From a virus: a stretch of DNA of 64,000 nucleotides. The stretch covers positions 1-64,000 of IMG/VR virus record IMGVR_UViG_3300022231_000010, one strand, 5' to 3'. Made by a program: the position numbers and the translations under genes. Shown one piece after another: positions 40,031 to 50,965 of this stretch. Under the pieces are notes generated by a model that saw only the letters and a list, made by a program, of their open reading frames with translations, did no database searches and was not told the origin of the DNA. Position 1 is the stretch's first letter. Each line of letters opens with the position of its first letter.

Positions 40031-43000
40031 TTACTCAAACACCATTCCAGAGCCTGAAGTAGATGACGCGCCATCAGTGTCTCTATAGTTCTGCTCCAGC
40101 CTTCCTTGGATGCCTCTTGTGGCAAACAACGAAGCAAAGGCAGTAGCTACATCTTTGGCTTCTCTCATTCTCCATTCTCGGATTCCACCTTCAAAGTCCA
40201 CAGCCATATTCATAGAGGAAATTCCTCGTTCAACCACAGCTCCGGGATATCCAAGAGCATTGAGAGTGGCTTGGCCAAGAGCTTCACCTTCAGATTTCTG
40301 GAATGGCTTGTAGTCTTCTTCCATTACATCAGCCAGTCCATATCGAAGACCTTCTGTGGCGATGGTTCTAATAAAGTCGTTAACCACAGGAAGTGACAAG
40401 ATGGTGCCAAATCGACCGGTCATCGGAGCCAAGTCAAACATGGTCTTCCATCCCCTTTGCTGCCAGTATTCATAGCCAGATCCAACAGGCTTCGTCCGAC
40501 GTTCCCATGGAATTTCATTCAAGAGCTTCTCATAGATGTCCTCTTGTTCCATATCCAGACCGGGGACAAGTGCCAGAAGATGGGACAAAGCCAAGTCGCG
40601 GGTAGGCTTGGCAAGGAGGTTGAAGATCACGTTCTGAATGCCAATCTCGGCCAGCTTGTAGGCAGCAGTAAGCTTCTCTGCTGCGGTCTTGGAATGAAGC
40701 ATCTCATTGGCATACCTGCGGGAATGGGAGGCCATGGAAGTCGAATGAGAACCAAATGCCCGGAAAGCCGTGGACCAGAATTCAGATCCGACAGTCGATC
40801 CTTTCATCTGAAGCATCTGGCCGCGTTCCTCAAGTGCCGAGGTGCCCATGATTTCTTCAGCTGCGATCCTCGATTCAGTCGCCCACTTTTGATTCCAGTT
40901 GGACTTGTCGAATGCTTGGTCTTGGGTGAGTCCAGCGGAAAAAGCCCTTCTGAGGTATTCAGTATGGAAAATCCACCAAGTAACCGCGCCGTCAGGCTTG
41001 CCGGTCGTCCAATCAAGTGCCGTTCTCATGGCGGTTCCCACGGCAAACTTAGCACCAGCAGAGGCATGGTTGGCCATTCCGGCAATATCCAAAGCTCCTT
41101 GGATTGGCTTTCTAAGCTCAAGGGCAAGCTTCTCTTGGAAGTCTTTGTTGCCATCAGCCCCGCGTTTCATGATCGCTGGAGCCATGGTCTTCGTCAGCTC
41201 GATCATGTTCTCTCTGAGCTGTGGGTTGTCGAATGCAGAAATAGACGCCACAGCAGCTCGGGCATGAGATCCGGCTTTGTCACTCCGGAATGACTTTGGA
41301 CCGGCTCTACGTGCCTCGTTGAGGGCAATACGGCCCGTGTAGAGAGCAATAGCAGGGATGGTTTGTTTCACCACTTGGTCGACATCAGCCAAGGTCATGA
41401 ATGCACCGGCTTGGGACATGCCAAGAAGGATTCTGCGGGTGCTATTGTCGATAGCCAGACCGCTCTGGAGGCCGGTTCTTGTTCTGTCGAACAGCATTCT
41501 CATGCCAGAGAGAGTGACATCAAGTGCCGCGAGTTCGCCTGCTGGCAAAATAGTCTTGGCCTTGTCCATGATCGCACCAACCCAATGCGCTCCGCCATCA
41601 AGCTTCGTGCCGAGAGTGTGGTGAAGAAGAAGGAATGCCGGAGCAGTCTCCATCATGAATAGATCCCTCTTGAGCATGCGGATGACCTGACCACCATCGA
41701 GATCCATCATGTAGTTGTGATCGACATCAATGAAGCGTTCGTTTAGAGAGCGAGACTTGGAAGATCCAACCTTCTCACCAACCGGGCGGAACATATTATC
41801 AATGAACTGTGTAGAGTCATCCAGCTTGGCATTCATCCACGGGATGTAGTTCTTGTAAGATCCCGATGTTCTACCAAGAAGATCAGCCGTAGCTTCATGA
41901 GCCGGGCGGATTTCATCAAACATCTGTCTCACATTGGCCACCCATTGGCGTTCGTTGGGAGACATCAGAGCATTGATCTGGTTCTCGTATTCAGCTAGAG
42001 AGATAGCCCCACCTGCGAATTGGCGGGCTGGAGCAAAGAAGCGATCCATTTCCTGACGGTAGATCTTCCGCATCTTCCATGAACGAAGTGCCTGATCTTT
42101 GCCTACCGAGACAAGAGATTGATAGGCCTTCTCCAGTTCCTCAATGGACTTGGCAATTGCTTCGTTTGGATTTCCATCCAGTGGATATTGGGTGAGAAGA
42201 CCAGCGAGTTGAGCGCGGACACGGGCATCTTGATACGATCCAAGAAGCTTCTCGGTCATACCATTGAATCTCTCTTCAATGTCGATGGACTTGGACTTGA
42301 ATCCGGTCACACCAGATGCTCCGTCGATGCCGTGCATCATGTAGCCCATGATCTCGTCGATATTCGACCGAAGCTCAGGGGACTTGGCTCCATAAATCGC
42401 TACGACATCATCGAAGGTGTTGTATTGCTGGAGAGAGTTGATCCGGCCTCCTTTGGTATGGGACACTGGATTCCAAACAGCATTGGTCAGGAAGCGAGAT
42501 CCCCACTCCTTGGCGGTTACGTCTCTCCACTTGTCGTAGAGCATGTGAAGCTTGATATCAGCCACACGCTTGATCGTTCCCACTCCGGGCTTGCGGGCAA
42601 ATCCACCAGCCACGGCAGCATGGATACCGGAAGCAGCGGCTTTGGAAACTGCTGGCCTCATGGAATACTCAGCGAGATCCTCAAGAGCAAACAGAACATT
42701 GGCTCTGAACCACTTGCGGGAGTAATCATTCTGAGCGACATCCCGGAAGATGGGAGCCAGCTCAGGAGATGCGATCATGGTGGAGTAGTAGTCTTCAGCA
42801 AAGACTCTGGCTAGATCGCGCCTTTGTCTTGGATCGGCTTCTTTTGTGGTAACACCAGAGAAAAGTGGGTTGTTGGTCGCTGGCCCAGCCATGGCCTTCA
42901 CCTGATAAGCAAGTGCCACATCATCGGTTGTCGCACCCGGAAGCTCGGCTACGTCTCCTGTTGGTTGGTCTTCCGCCACCCATTCAGATGTCCATTCTTC

Positions 43001-46000
43001 GACATTCCTTCCGATCCTTGCCTTGAGAGATCTGGAGAGTGCCTGCATTGAGCCAGAATTGGCCTCTACAAGGCTTAGGCCAGCTTGGTTGAGCGACTCT
43101 GCCCGAGTGGTCGTAAGAGCGGCTGTAGTGGCCTCTGTGAGCCCGTATTCGACTGTCTCTGTGGATGGGATGAAGTCATTATGGGTCGTCCAGTCTTGGG
43201 TTGGACTCAGACGGCTCTTGATCTTGTTTGATACACGAATCAACTCAAGCGAGTTGGAAATCAGGTCTTCATTGAAGCTAAGCCTGCGGATTCCTTCGTC
43301 CACCACCGGGTCCATGGTGATGCCAGCAAAAGCCGGAGCCATGGAGAAGCCTCCTTCAAGGTCGGGAGACAAGGAGAAGTCATCCTCCGGATTTCTCAGT
43401 TCCACTTCAGCTCCGTCATCATCAGACCAGATCTCACCGGCTCCATCGGCATATTCAGCCGACATCTTGTATTGAGCTTGGTTGTAGTCATGAGCAGCGA
43501 TCTTGATTCCCATCTGGGCAGTCACTCGATCAGCTCCTGACTTCGTATAGCGTGGGGCGTTGAAGAGATTCCTTGGGAACAAGGCAAGTGCCTCGCGGAA
43601 GTCTTGGTTCGACAGAACTTCAATTGCCAGTTGTTCAACCGACGCATTCTCAAACCCACCAAGACGTTCACTTACGTCCCGGACCTCACGGAGAAGATGC
43701 GATCTCTTTGGATCATCACGAAGACCAGCAGAAGAGTCTTCTTCCTCAAGCTTGTCCAGTCCTTGATTAAGGCTATCCAGAGCCGTTCTGAGCGAAGCAA
43801 AGGCAGATCTGGACTGACGTTCCAAGTAGGTGCTTGTGTCGCCGCTGAGGGCTTCTCTGAGGCCTTCTGAGAGAACTCTGGAGACGAACTGTTGATGCGG
43901 ATTGGTGTCCTTGGCTTGGACATTGCCAGCTCCCTTCATCGCATCCCTGATCCATCCAAGATTGAACACAAAGAACTCTCCCTTGTATTCGCCTTGAGAT
44001 TCCGGATCGGACTTCTGGTAAGTCGATGGAGTCTCGTTTAGCAGACTGGAGACTTGGAATGCCCTTGCGGATTCCTTGTCCATCTTGGAAGTATCCAAGA
44101 GCAAGACGGGAATATCACGAATATTTCCACGTAGAAAGTCTGCCAGAATTGATCCCACCGGACTTGAGTCGGATGTAGCAAACATCTCCACAAGATCGGC
44201 CATGTTGGTCATCTCGGCTACCGAGTCGCCAAGTGCCAATCTCACCTTGTTTTCACCAATCGGGACAGCCTCGGCAATACGAGAGAAGACCTGATCCAAT
44301 GACTTCTGCCTCAGGAAGCTTGAGCCCATCGAGTTCGCAGCTCTCTCCACCAGCATGTCTTCCAACATTTGGGTGACACGATCTGAGGATACGAAGCCTG
44401 ATCCTTTCTCGGTCTTGATCACACTCTCTGAGATGATCTGCCTTGCAAGGGCCATAGCAGCAGACGGGTTGTTGCCCGTCAGATGGAGAAGGATGTTCGT
44501 CTGGACCGTCCGGAGATTCTTGTTCTCTCCTGCTTCCTGACCGGCATTCCTTCTCTCGAAGTTATTCCTTCTTTCGGCTCTGGTAGTCTCACCATCAGCA
44601 TCGACTTGATCAGCTTCATTCTGAAGATAGCTGGTGAAATCAATGTCGGAGTTCTCCCGTAGTGGGCCAAAGAACGATCTGAGGTCTTTGAGGAGACTGG
44701 TGGATCTGTCGATCTCAGCAGCTCCGGCTACTTCATAGTCAGCCCGGACAACGTCTTCATCAACGTCGCTATTCGCTTCATCCTTAAAGTCTTCCGTGGA
44801 TCTGGCTGGATTGGCCATACCAAGACGGAAAGCATCGAAGGATTTGGTGAACTCTTCATCCCGGAAGGTTACTTCATTGAGAAGCCTTTCCTTCAGGGCT
44901 TTGGCTCCTTCGGCATCGCTTGTGTTCTCCAGTTGGTCGTCATATCCGGACAGGACATAATCATAACTGGACTTCAGCTTGGCCTTTCTAGCTGCCGTAT
45001 CATCAGCCGTGAGTGAGTAGTTCTGACCCGCGACGGAGGCAATACCATCAATCGCGTTACCCATTTGACCGGCTTTGACCACCGCATTGAAGATTGGACC
45101 AACCAGACCATCATAGAGATCTCTGTTGGCAAAGTTCACGCCGCCCACCAGAAGACCTCGACCTTCGCTTTCATTATACGAAGGCGTCTTCTCACCAAGA
45201 AGCAGACCATCAATAGCCGAGATGGCTTGGTATCTTCTGGAATCACGGGAAACAGCAGTCTTGATAACCGATTGGCGGATACCTCTCACGAATGAATTGA
45301 GATATGCTTGGTCCAGTCTATCATCCAGAAGGCCATGAAGTTGTTCGGACGGGAAGTTTGGCCTGCTCCGGATGTCCTGAGGAAGAGAAAGAACCAGCCT
45401 TTCAAAGACAGCTTTCACTTCAGGTGTATTGGCAAGGTTATCCAGAGCAACCGTGCTGAGGCCTTGGTCTAGGAAGTGTGTTGCAACGGAATATCCATGC
45501 TGGGAACCAAGAGATCTAGCTTTGGCTGTCTCTTCGTCAGAGATCTCCTTCGTCTTTGGTTCATTGAAGATCCGTTCTGGCGATCTGTTATGGACAGAAC
45601 TCCAAGCCGACTTGAATTGCTTCAGGTAGCCATTGAGTCCCTTGTGAGACTTCTCCAGCTGGGCTTCGGTAAGACCGAGCATTGCTCTGCCTTCTTGCAG
45701 CGCACCCCAGACAGCAGCCGATACCTCAGGAGAGTTGAGAGGGTTGTAAACCATCGCATCATAGATGGCCGTGCTTCCAGCGGGTGTAACACCATATCTT
45801 GAGGTGACATCCTTGAGCATCAACTTGATCTTGTACTTTGCCAGACCAGTCGCCTCAAGTCGTTCCTTTGCTTGCCTTACAGCTTCTGGCAGTTGATCCA
45901 GATCCCTCAGCCTGTTGGCATACCACTCGGAGTTCTGTGCAGCCCTCAGCCTTTCTTCATTGAACAGCTCTTCATTGAACTGGATGAATGGGTATCTCTT

Positions 46001-49000
46001 CTCCGGATCTCGGCCAAGTGCCAAGAAAGCGTCCCGACGACCAGCGAATGGACCATAGCGGTAGAGAGCATCACGGGATGGCTTGGAGATCTTGGTCTTG
46101 GAGAGATCCACCAGCTCCATCAGGAATGGATGGATGGCGGCAGGATCAGCCGCGGTAACGGAGCGAAGGAAGTTCTTATACTCCAGATTCCGGGCAATCG
46201 AGTTCTCTGTCTTCGATCCATAGCGGAATGAAGTGGTTCCGCTCACACCAACCTCGGCCAGTGCTTCTCCCAGAGTCTCCTGCATCCTGCCCCAGATCTT
46301 CTCAATCGGAGCGTTCGGGTATCTGGAGGACATCTTGGCCTTCCATGCAGGGAAGGATCTGAATCCATCAGACCACGCTTGCGCGCCTTCGTTGATGACA
46401 CGTTGAAGGAATTGCTTGGACTGGACGTTGTCGTTCAGAACCTCACCTAGAAGGGTGGACTCCGGACTCAATGGATTGACCAGAGAATCCTCAAGGTTGT
46501 TCTCCATTGTAGAGAATACCGTGTTGGCCACCATATCCAGCCTCTGGTCGTCCAGAACCACGTTGAGAGCCGTTGTGACTCCTTGGTCTGTATCGAGAGC
46601 CATTGCCTCTGCCAGCCTGTTCTTGGCCCTTCTGAAGGCCTCTGTGCGGGTCTTGATAAGAGACCTTGCCGCATCTTCTCTAGATGGCTTGGGAAGGCCA
46701 GCGGCCTCCAGATCAGCCTTATAACGGTCATTCAGCAGTCCATTGATAACCGGATCATCCGATTGAAAGATCGAGTAGAACTCGGCAAGTGGCATGGAGC
46801 CATCTCGCTTTTGGTTCTGGATGGATTTGGAAAGCTTGGCGAATAGACCGGCATCCAGTTCTTGAATCTTCTTGTCGATGGTGCGGACGCGCTTGATTGG
46901 TGCGCTCGCTTCCCTCAGTTGATCCGCTGTCGCATCGAGAACCTCAGCCGTCATTGGCTGGCGGATTTCCAGAGTAGCCGCGTCAACCGCAGCTTGGGCT
47001 TCTGTGATCCTTGCTTTGCCTCCGGATTGGAGAACAAGGCGGAAGCCTCGGGTTCCAGCCAAGGTAGCAACCGAGTAATCACCACGGACCAGACCAATAT
47101 CAGCCGCTCTCTTGTGAACCGCTTCGCTTGATCCAAACTTGCTGGATGTCACGAACGAAAGGCGTTGTTGCTCGCTCTGCTTGTGGAGTCCTACGATCCG
47201 GTCAAACAGGGTGTTGAGTGCCTCGGTATTGGGAGATTGAGAGAATACCTCACGGAAGAATCCAACCAGCTTTTCCCAGAGGGTCTTGGTATAGGCCTCT
47301 TGGTCTGGCTTCAGCGGATTGAAGTTCTCATCAAACGACTGAAGGATCGCTCTGGTATCCGGGCTGGTAAGGGCACGTACCATCACCTCTTCCAGCAAAG
47401 ATACATCATCAATGTTGGCGTAGTAAGGAGAGTTGAGCATGCCCTTGATCTGATCCAGACCACGGAGCTTGCCTGAAAACTCTTCCATGTCCTTCAAGAG
47501 GGCCTTGTTCTCAGGAGATGCCACATCGGAATTAGAGAGGGCTTTCCAGTCCGAGAAGGCGGAATGGAGGACTTCGTGAAGGATGATCTCTGCTTTCTTT
47601 TCAGTGGAGGCAGGAGCCCATCTATCTCTGGAGATGACAACACCATCAGAAACCGTTCCTTCCTTGGAAGAAGTCCGGACATTCATGGCATAGCGACCTT
47701 TGGAGTCACCGTCAGCAAGCACCACTGGAATCTGTGTCGTATATTCAGACAAGCCAGCCCATGCTTCAGGTCCGATGAATGATTCTGGATTCACTCCGTA
47801 AGCAGAAAGGAACTCGCCAAGTGGAGCAGATCCGCCAACCGCGAACCCCTCGGAAGCCACCCATTGGCGAACGGATCTCTCGGAAGTTGAGTAATCCCGG
47901 ACAAGATTGAATGTAGGATTGTCAGTCGCTCCGGTGCTTTCTCCTTCGACTTTCGGAGATGCTAGTTGGATATCAATCGAGCGTGGCATTGGTTCTCCAT
48001 TACGGGAGAACAAGAAGTTGCCCTGGTCGTCTTGGCTGAAGTTATCCGGAGACACACCAGAGCTTTTGGTGAAGTCGATGTTCTCCGGGGAGAGCTGCGC
48101 TTGGAATGCTGGCTCGCCGGGACGACGGAATGTCACTGTGGGGGACAACCTCAATGGATCTGCTGCTGGAATGGTAGCCGCAGGCGCTGGGGCTTGGACC
48201 GGTTCAGTCCGTGTCTTGGGGGGTGCGGGAAGGACGATATCTTCGGAAGCTTGAACCGCATCAGCGGCATCTCTGCCTTGGACTTCCTCGGCCATGGCCA
48301 CCACTCTTGGCTGTTGGATGTCTGCCTCCGGGATGGTGACTTGCTCGCCTTGTGGGTTGATGCCGATCACGGATACTGTATTACCATCCTCGCTGAGAGG
48401 ACCACGGAGAACCTTAACCACATTGCCTTCGCTCTGAATCATGTCCCCCGGCTTCAAGCCAAGAGAATCAAGCTGGGCAATCTCGGATTCATCAGTTGTA
48501 GGAGCAGCATCCTTGAATGCTTGGGTTTGTTCTTGCTGGGCAAGAGACGCTTCAGCTTCTTCAGGAGTCCATGTAGAACCAGCCGGTTGAACAGGCGCTT
48601 CTTCTCTGGCTTGGGCTACCGGAATGGTCTGGGATGCTGGGGCAACAGCGGCTCCGTTGATCTGCTGGGGGGGGATGCCATTGGCTCTTTCAGCGTCAGC
48701 TTCGCCAAACAGCCTGCCAAGTGCTTGAGATCTCTCAGCAGCAGGCAGACGCATCAGGTTCCGATAGTCTCCGGGATCAATGCCGGTCTTCTTGATCTGT
48801 CGATTCTCCACGGCATTTGCGATGGTAGAAACAACATCAGCACCAAGTTGGGCGTGACCAGCCGTGATAAGGCTCAATGCTCCTTCATAAACAGCATCTC
48901 CCAGTCGCTCTGAAAAGGGATCAGGATTCTCTTGGAACTCGGCAGAGACAGATGACCTCACAAGTTCTCCGGACGTCTCAGAGAGGCCTTCTGCGGCCAG

Positions 49001-50950
49001 CTCTCCCACTCTCCGCCCTGCCGTCGTGGAAAGACCAACGTCAGAGTCCATCATCCGGGCAATGTCCTTGGCCAGCATGGCTCGGGAGGTAGGGGCCATC
49101 CGGCTAAGAGAGTCGGAGAATCCACGCATCAGTGGTCCATACAGGGCGATGTCGCCAATCATGTCGATTGGAGCGGCAATGGCAGCGGAGATGTTGCCGC
49201 CTCTAGCTGCATTCTCCACGGACTCACCAAGGCTTTTGCCAGCAGCGAGGTTATCGAAAAGGATCTCATTGGTGGACTCGGCTTGGACGCCAGTCACGTT
49301 ACCAATGGTCATAGCTGCTACACCAGAGCCGGGGATCAGGGCATTAGCAGCAAGAGCCGGGGCTTGTTGACCCAGCATCTTGAGTGCTTCTTCATGGAAG
49401 TTGAGAGCTTGTTGGTAGATCCCATCTCGCTCACGGGTCAGAGTCTCCTTGGTATTCTTGCCATACCACGCATCCAACGCCCGGACATTCTCCAGCCTTC
49501 CAGAGATGTTATCCCAAAGGGCTTTACGCCTTGGGAGGTCATTAGCAGAGGCATGAGCAGCGAGGATCTCTGCTGGAGTGACCTTGTCACCAACCTTGAA
49601 GATGGACTGGCTTCCCACGGTGAATGGGATTTCTTGCTCGGCTTGCTTGCGAGCGTCTTCAATAGGGATCGAACCAGCAAGTGATCCAAGACCGGGGATT
49701 TCGTTTTCCTTTACGATCTCCAGAGCCCGTTGTTCGACGAGGTTTGGACGGGATGGAGCGTCCGGATTGGCCGATGCTTGGGCATCCTGGAATACCTTGA
49801 ATTGAGGATCAGCATCAATCCATCCACGGTCCTTGGCATTCCGATATCTCCAGTTGTCCTTGTCATTGATATCAAAGGAAAGACCCGGAAGGCCTTGTGA
49901 AGCATCATTCAGGTAGGATGATGTATTCCTTTGGACTTCCTCGGAAGCAGCTTGGTTGGCCTTGAACTTGAGATTTCCGGTGACAGGGATCGAAGGGAGG
50001 CTCTTGAGGTGTTCGTTATGGGCGATGGCAAATGCTTCGTCCATCGTCAGCTTGGGAAGTGCAGACATCGGACCAAAGCCGAACTCGCCATCAGCCGGGG
50101 CCTCAGTGGGGACGGTGCTGAGTTTACGAAGGTCTTCCGCTCTCTTCCAGAGTTGGTCAGAAAGCTCCTTGGGCATCGGCACGAAGTTTCCTTCTGCGTC
50201 CACCGTGTTGTTCTTGATGGTATCAATCCCCTTGTCGCCCATGGAGATGTCCAGCATAGCTTGGTCGATACCATAGGGCATCTGGATCAAAGTCTCTCCA
50301 GCTTGCTTGTAGGCACCTTTAAGGGACGATCCAAGGTGGGAGAAAGCCCGACCGATCAAGCCCTCGCTGACATCAAAGTCTTCTCCGTAGTTCTCAATCA
50401 AGAAACGGCTCATTTCTTGGCCGCTCTTCGGAACATTATCGAAGCTCTCAAAGTTGTGTCTCCGGACACCCTTAGGGGTGGTAATATCCGCCAGATATTG
50501 GGTCGGATGGGGGATGAACTTGAGATTCACTCCGCCTTCTCCGTCTCCAGATGGGATAGTGATATCCGATCCGGTCACACCAGATGCCATACCGGCGATA
50601 GTCGGATCTGCCTTCTCGCCACCAGCGGACAGCTTGATGCTTTGTTCGTAAGGAATCGCAGAAGCTTTGGAGAAGTCTTCTTGGAAATCACGATCCATGA
50701 ACTGCTCCGGGATCTCTCCGGTAGTCGCCAGAGTATCCAGTCCCTTGTTGAACTCCTCAATGCCGATACGGGCTACTGCCCGTGCCTTGAATCTATTCTG
50801 TGACCAGTTGACCAGATCTGCCTCAGGAAGCGCCGGGTCAGCATAGTCGTTCGACAGTTGGTCGATAACAGAAAGTCTCTTCTCTGGATCAGCCTGCCAG
50901 AATCTATCATCGGCAAGCAGGGCACCAAAGGCTTCTTGGGAAGTCGGCAT
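40031..50950 (-). CDS. Giant virion-associated protein (3,639 aa), probably an ejected internal or polyvalent protein, containing an HExxH motif
   Basis: A single uninterrupted ORF of 10,920 nt at the end of the structural operon, after two other internal-protein-like genes. HEVLH is encoded at 47564..47578 (about residue 1125). No polymerase, helicase or methylase motif was recognised by eye. Confidence 0.75.
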   Translation of the reverse strand: MPTSQEAFGALLADDRFWQADPEKRLSVIDQLSNDYADPALPEADLVNWSQNRFKARAVARIGIEEFNKGLDTLATTGEIPEQFMDRDFQEDFSKASAIPYEQSIKLSAGGEKADPTIAGMASGVTGSDITIPSGDGEGGVNLKFIPHPTQYLADITTPKGVRRHNFESFDNVPKSGQEMSRFLIENYGEDFDVSEGLIGRAFSHLGSSLKGAYKQAGETLIQMPYGIDQAMLDISMGDKGIDTIKNNTVDAEGNFVPMPKELSDQLWKRAEDLRKLSTVPTEAPADGEFGFGPMSALPKLTMDEAFAIAHNEHLKSLPSIPVTGNLKFKANQAASEEVQRNTSSYLNDASQGLPGLSFDINDKDNWRYRNAKDRGWIDADPQFKVFQDAQASANPDAPSRPNLVEQRALEIVKENEIPGLGSLAGSIPIEDARKQAEQEIPFTVGSQSIFKVGDKVTPAEILAAHASANDLPRRKALWDNISGRLENVRALDAWYGKNTKETLTRERDGIYQQALNFHEEALKMLGQQAPALAANALIPGSGVAAMTIGNVTGVQAESTNEILFDNLAAGKSLGESVENAARGGNISAAIAAPIDMIGDIALYGPLMRGFSDSLSRMAPTSRAMLAKDIARMMDSDVGLSTTAGRRVGELAAEGLSETSGELVRSSVSAEFQENPDPFSERLGDAVYEGALSLITAGHAQLGADVVSTIANAVENRQIKKTGIDPGDYRNLMRLPAAERSQALGRLFGEADAERANGIPPQQINGAAVAPASQTIPVAQAREEAPVQPAGSTWTPEEAEASLAQQEQTQAFKDAAPTTDESEIAQLDSLGLKPGDMIQSEGNVVKVLRGPLSEDGNTVSVIGINPQGEQVTIPEADIQQPRVVAMAEEVQGRDAADAVQASEDIVLPAPPKTRTEPVQAPAPAATIPAADPLRLSPTVTFRRPGEPAFQAQLSPENIDFTKSSGVSPDNFSQDDQGNFLFSRNGEPMPRSIDIQLASPKVEGESTGATDNPTFNLVRDYSTSERSVRQWVASEGFAVGGSAPLGEFLSAYGVNPESFIGPEAWAGLSEYTTQIPVVLADGDSKGRYAMNVRTSSKEGTVSDGVVISRDRWAPASTEKKAEIILHEVLHSAFSDWKALSNSDVASPENKALLKDMEEFSGKLRGLDQIKGMLNSPYYANIDDVSLLEEVMVRALTSPDTRAILQSFDENFNPLKPDQEAYTKTLWEKLVGFFREVFSQSPNTEALNTLFDRIVGLHKQSEQQRLSFVTSSKFGSSEAVHKRAADIGLVRGDYSVATLAGTRGFRLVLQSGGKARITEAQAAVDAATLEIRQPMTAEVLDATADQLREASAPIKRVRTIDKKIQELDAGLFAKLSKSIQNQKRDGSMPLAEFYSIFQSDDPVINGLLNDRYKADLEAAGLPKPSREDAARSLIKTRTEAFRRAKNRLAEAMALDTDQGVTTALNVVLDDQRLDMVANTVFSTMENNLEDSLVNPLSPESTLLGEVLNDNVQSKQFLQRVINEGAQAWSDGFRSFPAWKAKMSSRYPNAPIEKIWGRMQETLGEALAEVGVSGTTSFRYGSKTENSIARNLEYKNFLRSVTAADPAAIHPFLMELVDLSKTKISKPSRDALYRYGPFAGRRDAFLALGRDPEKRYPFIQFNEELFNEERLRAAQNSEWYANRLRDLDQLPEAVRQAKERLEATGLAKYKIKLMLKDVTSRYGVTPAGSTAIYDAMVYNPLNSPEVSAAVWGALQEGRAMLGLTEAQLEKSHKGLNGYLKQFKSAWSSVHNRSPERIFNEPKTKEISDEETAKARSLGSQHGYSVATHFLDQGLSTVALDNLANTPEVKAVFERLVLSLPQDIRSRPNFPSEQLHGLLDDRLDQAYLNSFVRGIRQSVIKTAVSRDSRRYQAISAIDGLLLGEKTPSYNESEGRGLLVGGVNFANRDLYDGLVGPIFNAVVKAGQMGNAIDGIASVAGQNYSLTADDTAARKAKLKSSYDYVLSGYDDQLENTSDAEGAKALKERLLNEVTFRDEEFTKSFDAFRLGMANPARSTEDFKDEANSDVDEDVVRADYEVAGAAEIDRSTSLLKDLRSFFGPLRENSDIDFTSYLQNEADQVDADGETTRAERRNNFERRNAGQEAGENKNLRTVQTNILLHLTGNNPSAAMALARQIISESVIKTEKGSGFVSSDRVTQMLEDMLVERAANSMGSSFLRQKSLDQVFSRIAEAVPIGENKVRLALGDSVAEMTNMADLVEMFATSDSSPVGSILADFLRGNIRDIPVLLLDTSKMDKESARAFQVSSLLNETPSTYQKSDPESQGEYKGEFFVFNLGWIRDAMKGAGNVQAKDTNPHQQFVSRVLSEGLREALSGDTSTYLERQSRSAFASLRTALDSLNQGLDKLEEEDSSAGLRDDPKRSHLLREVRDVSERLGGFENASVEQLAIEVLSNQDFREALALFPRNLFNAPRYTKSGADRVTAQMGIKIAAHDYNQAQYKMSAEYADGAGEIWSDDDGAEVELRNPEDDFSLSPDLEGGFSMAPAFAGITMDPVVDEGIRRLSFNEDLISNSLELIRVSNKIKSRLSPTQDWTTHNDFIPSTETVEYGLTEATTAALTTTRAESLNQAGLSLVEANSGSMQALSRSLKARIGRNVEEWTSEWVAEDQPTGDVAELPGATTDDVALAYQVKAMAGPATNNPLFSGVTTKEADPRQRRDLARVFAEDYYSTMIASPELAPIFRDVAQNDYSRKWFRANVLFALEDLAEYSMRPAVSKAAASGIHAAVAGGFARKPGVGTIKRVADIKLHMLYDKWRDVTAKEWGSRFLTNAVWNPVSHTKGGRINSLQQYNTFDDVVAIYGAKSPELRSNIDEIMGYMMHGIDGASGVTGFKSKSIDIEERFNGMTEKLLGSYQDARVRAQLAGLLTQYPLDGNPNEAIAKSIEELEKAYQSLVSVGKDQALRSWKMRKIYRQEMDRFFAPARQFAGGAISLAEYENQINALMSPNERQWVANVRQMFDEIRPAHEATADLLGRTSGSYKNYIPWMNAKLDDSTQFIDNMFRPVGEKVGSSKSRSLNERFIDVDHNYMMDLDGGQVIRMLKRDLFMMETAPAFLLLHHTLGTKLDGGAHWVGAIMDKAKTILPAGELAALDVTLSGMRMLFDRTRTGLQSGLAIDNSTRRILLGMSQAGAFMTLADVDQVVKQTIPAIALYTGRIALNEARRAGPKSFRSDKAGSHARAAVASISAFDNPQLRENMIELTKTMAPAIMKRGADGNKDFQEKLALELRKPIQGALDIAGMANHASAGAKFAVGTAMRTALDWTTGKPDGAVTWWIFHTEYLRRAFSAGLTQDQAFDKSNWNQKWATESRIAAEEIMGTSALEERGQMLQMKGSTVGSEFWSTAFRAFGSHSTSMASHSRRYANEMLHSKTAAEKLTAAYKLAEIGIQNVIFNLLAKPTRDLALSHLLALVPGLDMEQEDIYEKLLNEIPWERRTKPVGSGYEYWQQRGWKTMFDLAPMTGRFGTILSLPVVNDFIRTIATEGLRYGLADVMEEDYKPFQKSEGEALGQATLNALGYPGAVVERGISSMNMAVDFEGGIREWRMREAKDVATAFASLFATRGIQGRLEQNYRDTDGASSTSGSGMVFE

Positions 50951-50965
50951 AAAGGTATCTTTGGA

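Noticed and set aside
40031-50950. Calling the giant protein an N4-like or crAss-like virion RNA polymerase.
   Set aside because: Its size and position fit. However, I could not find the T7-like motifs (T/DxxGR, R-x3-K-x7-YG) or a DxDGD-type metal site in a credible context. It is kept only as a hypothesis to test.
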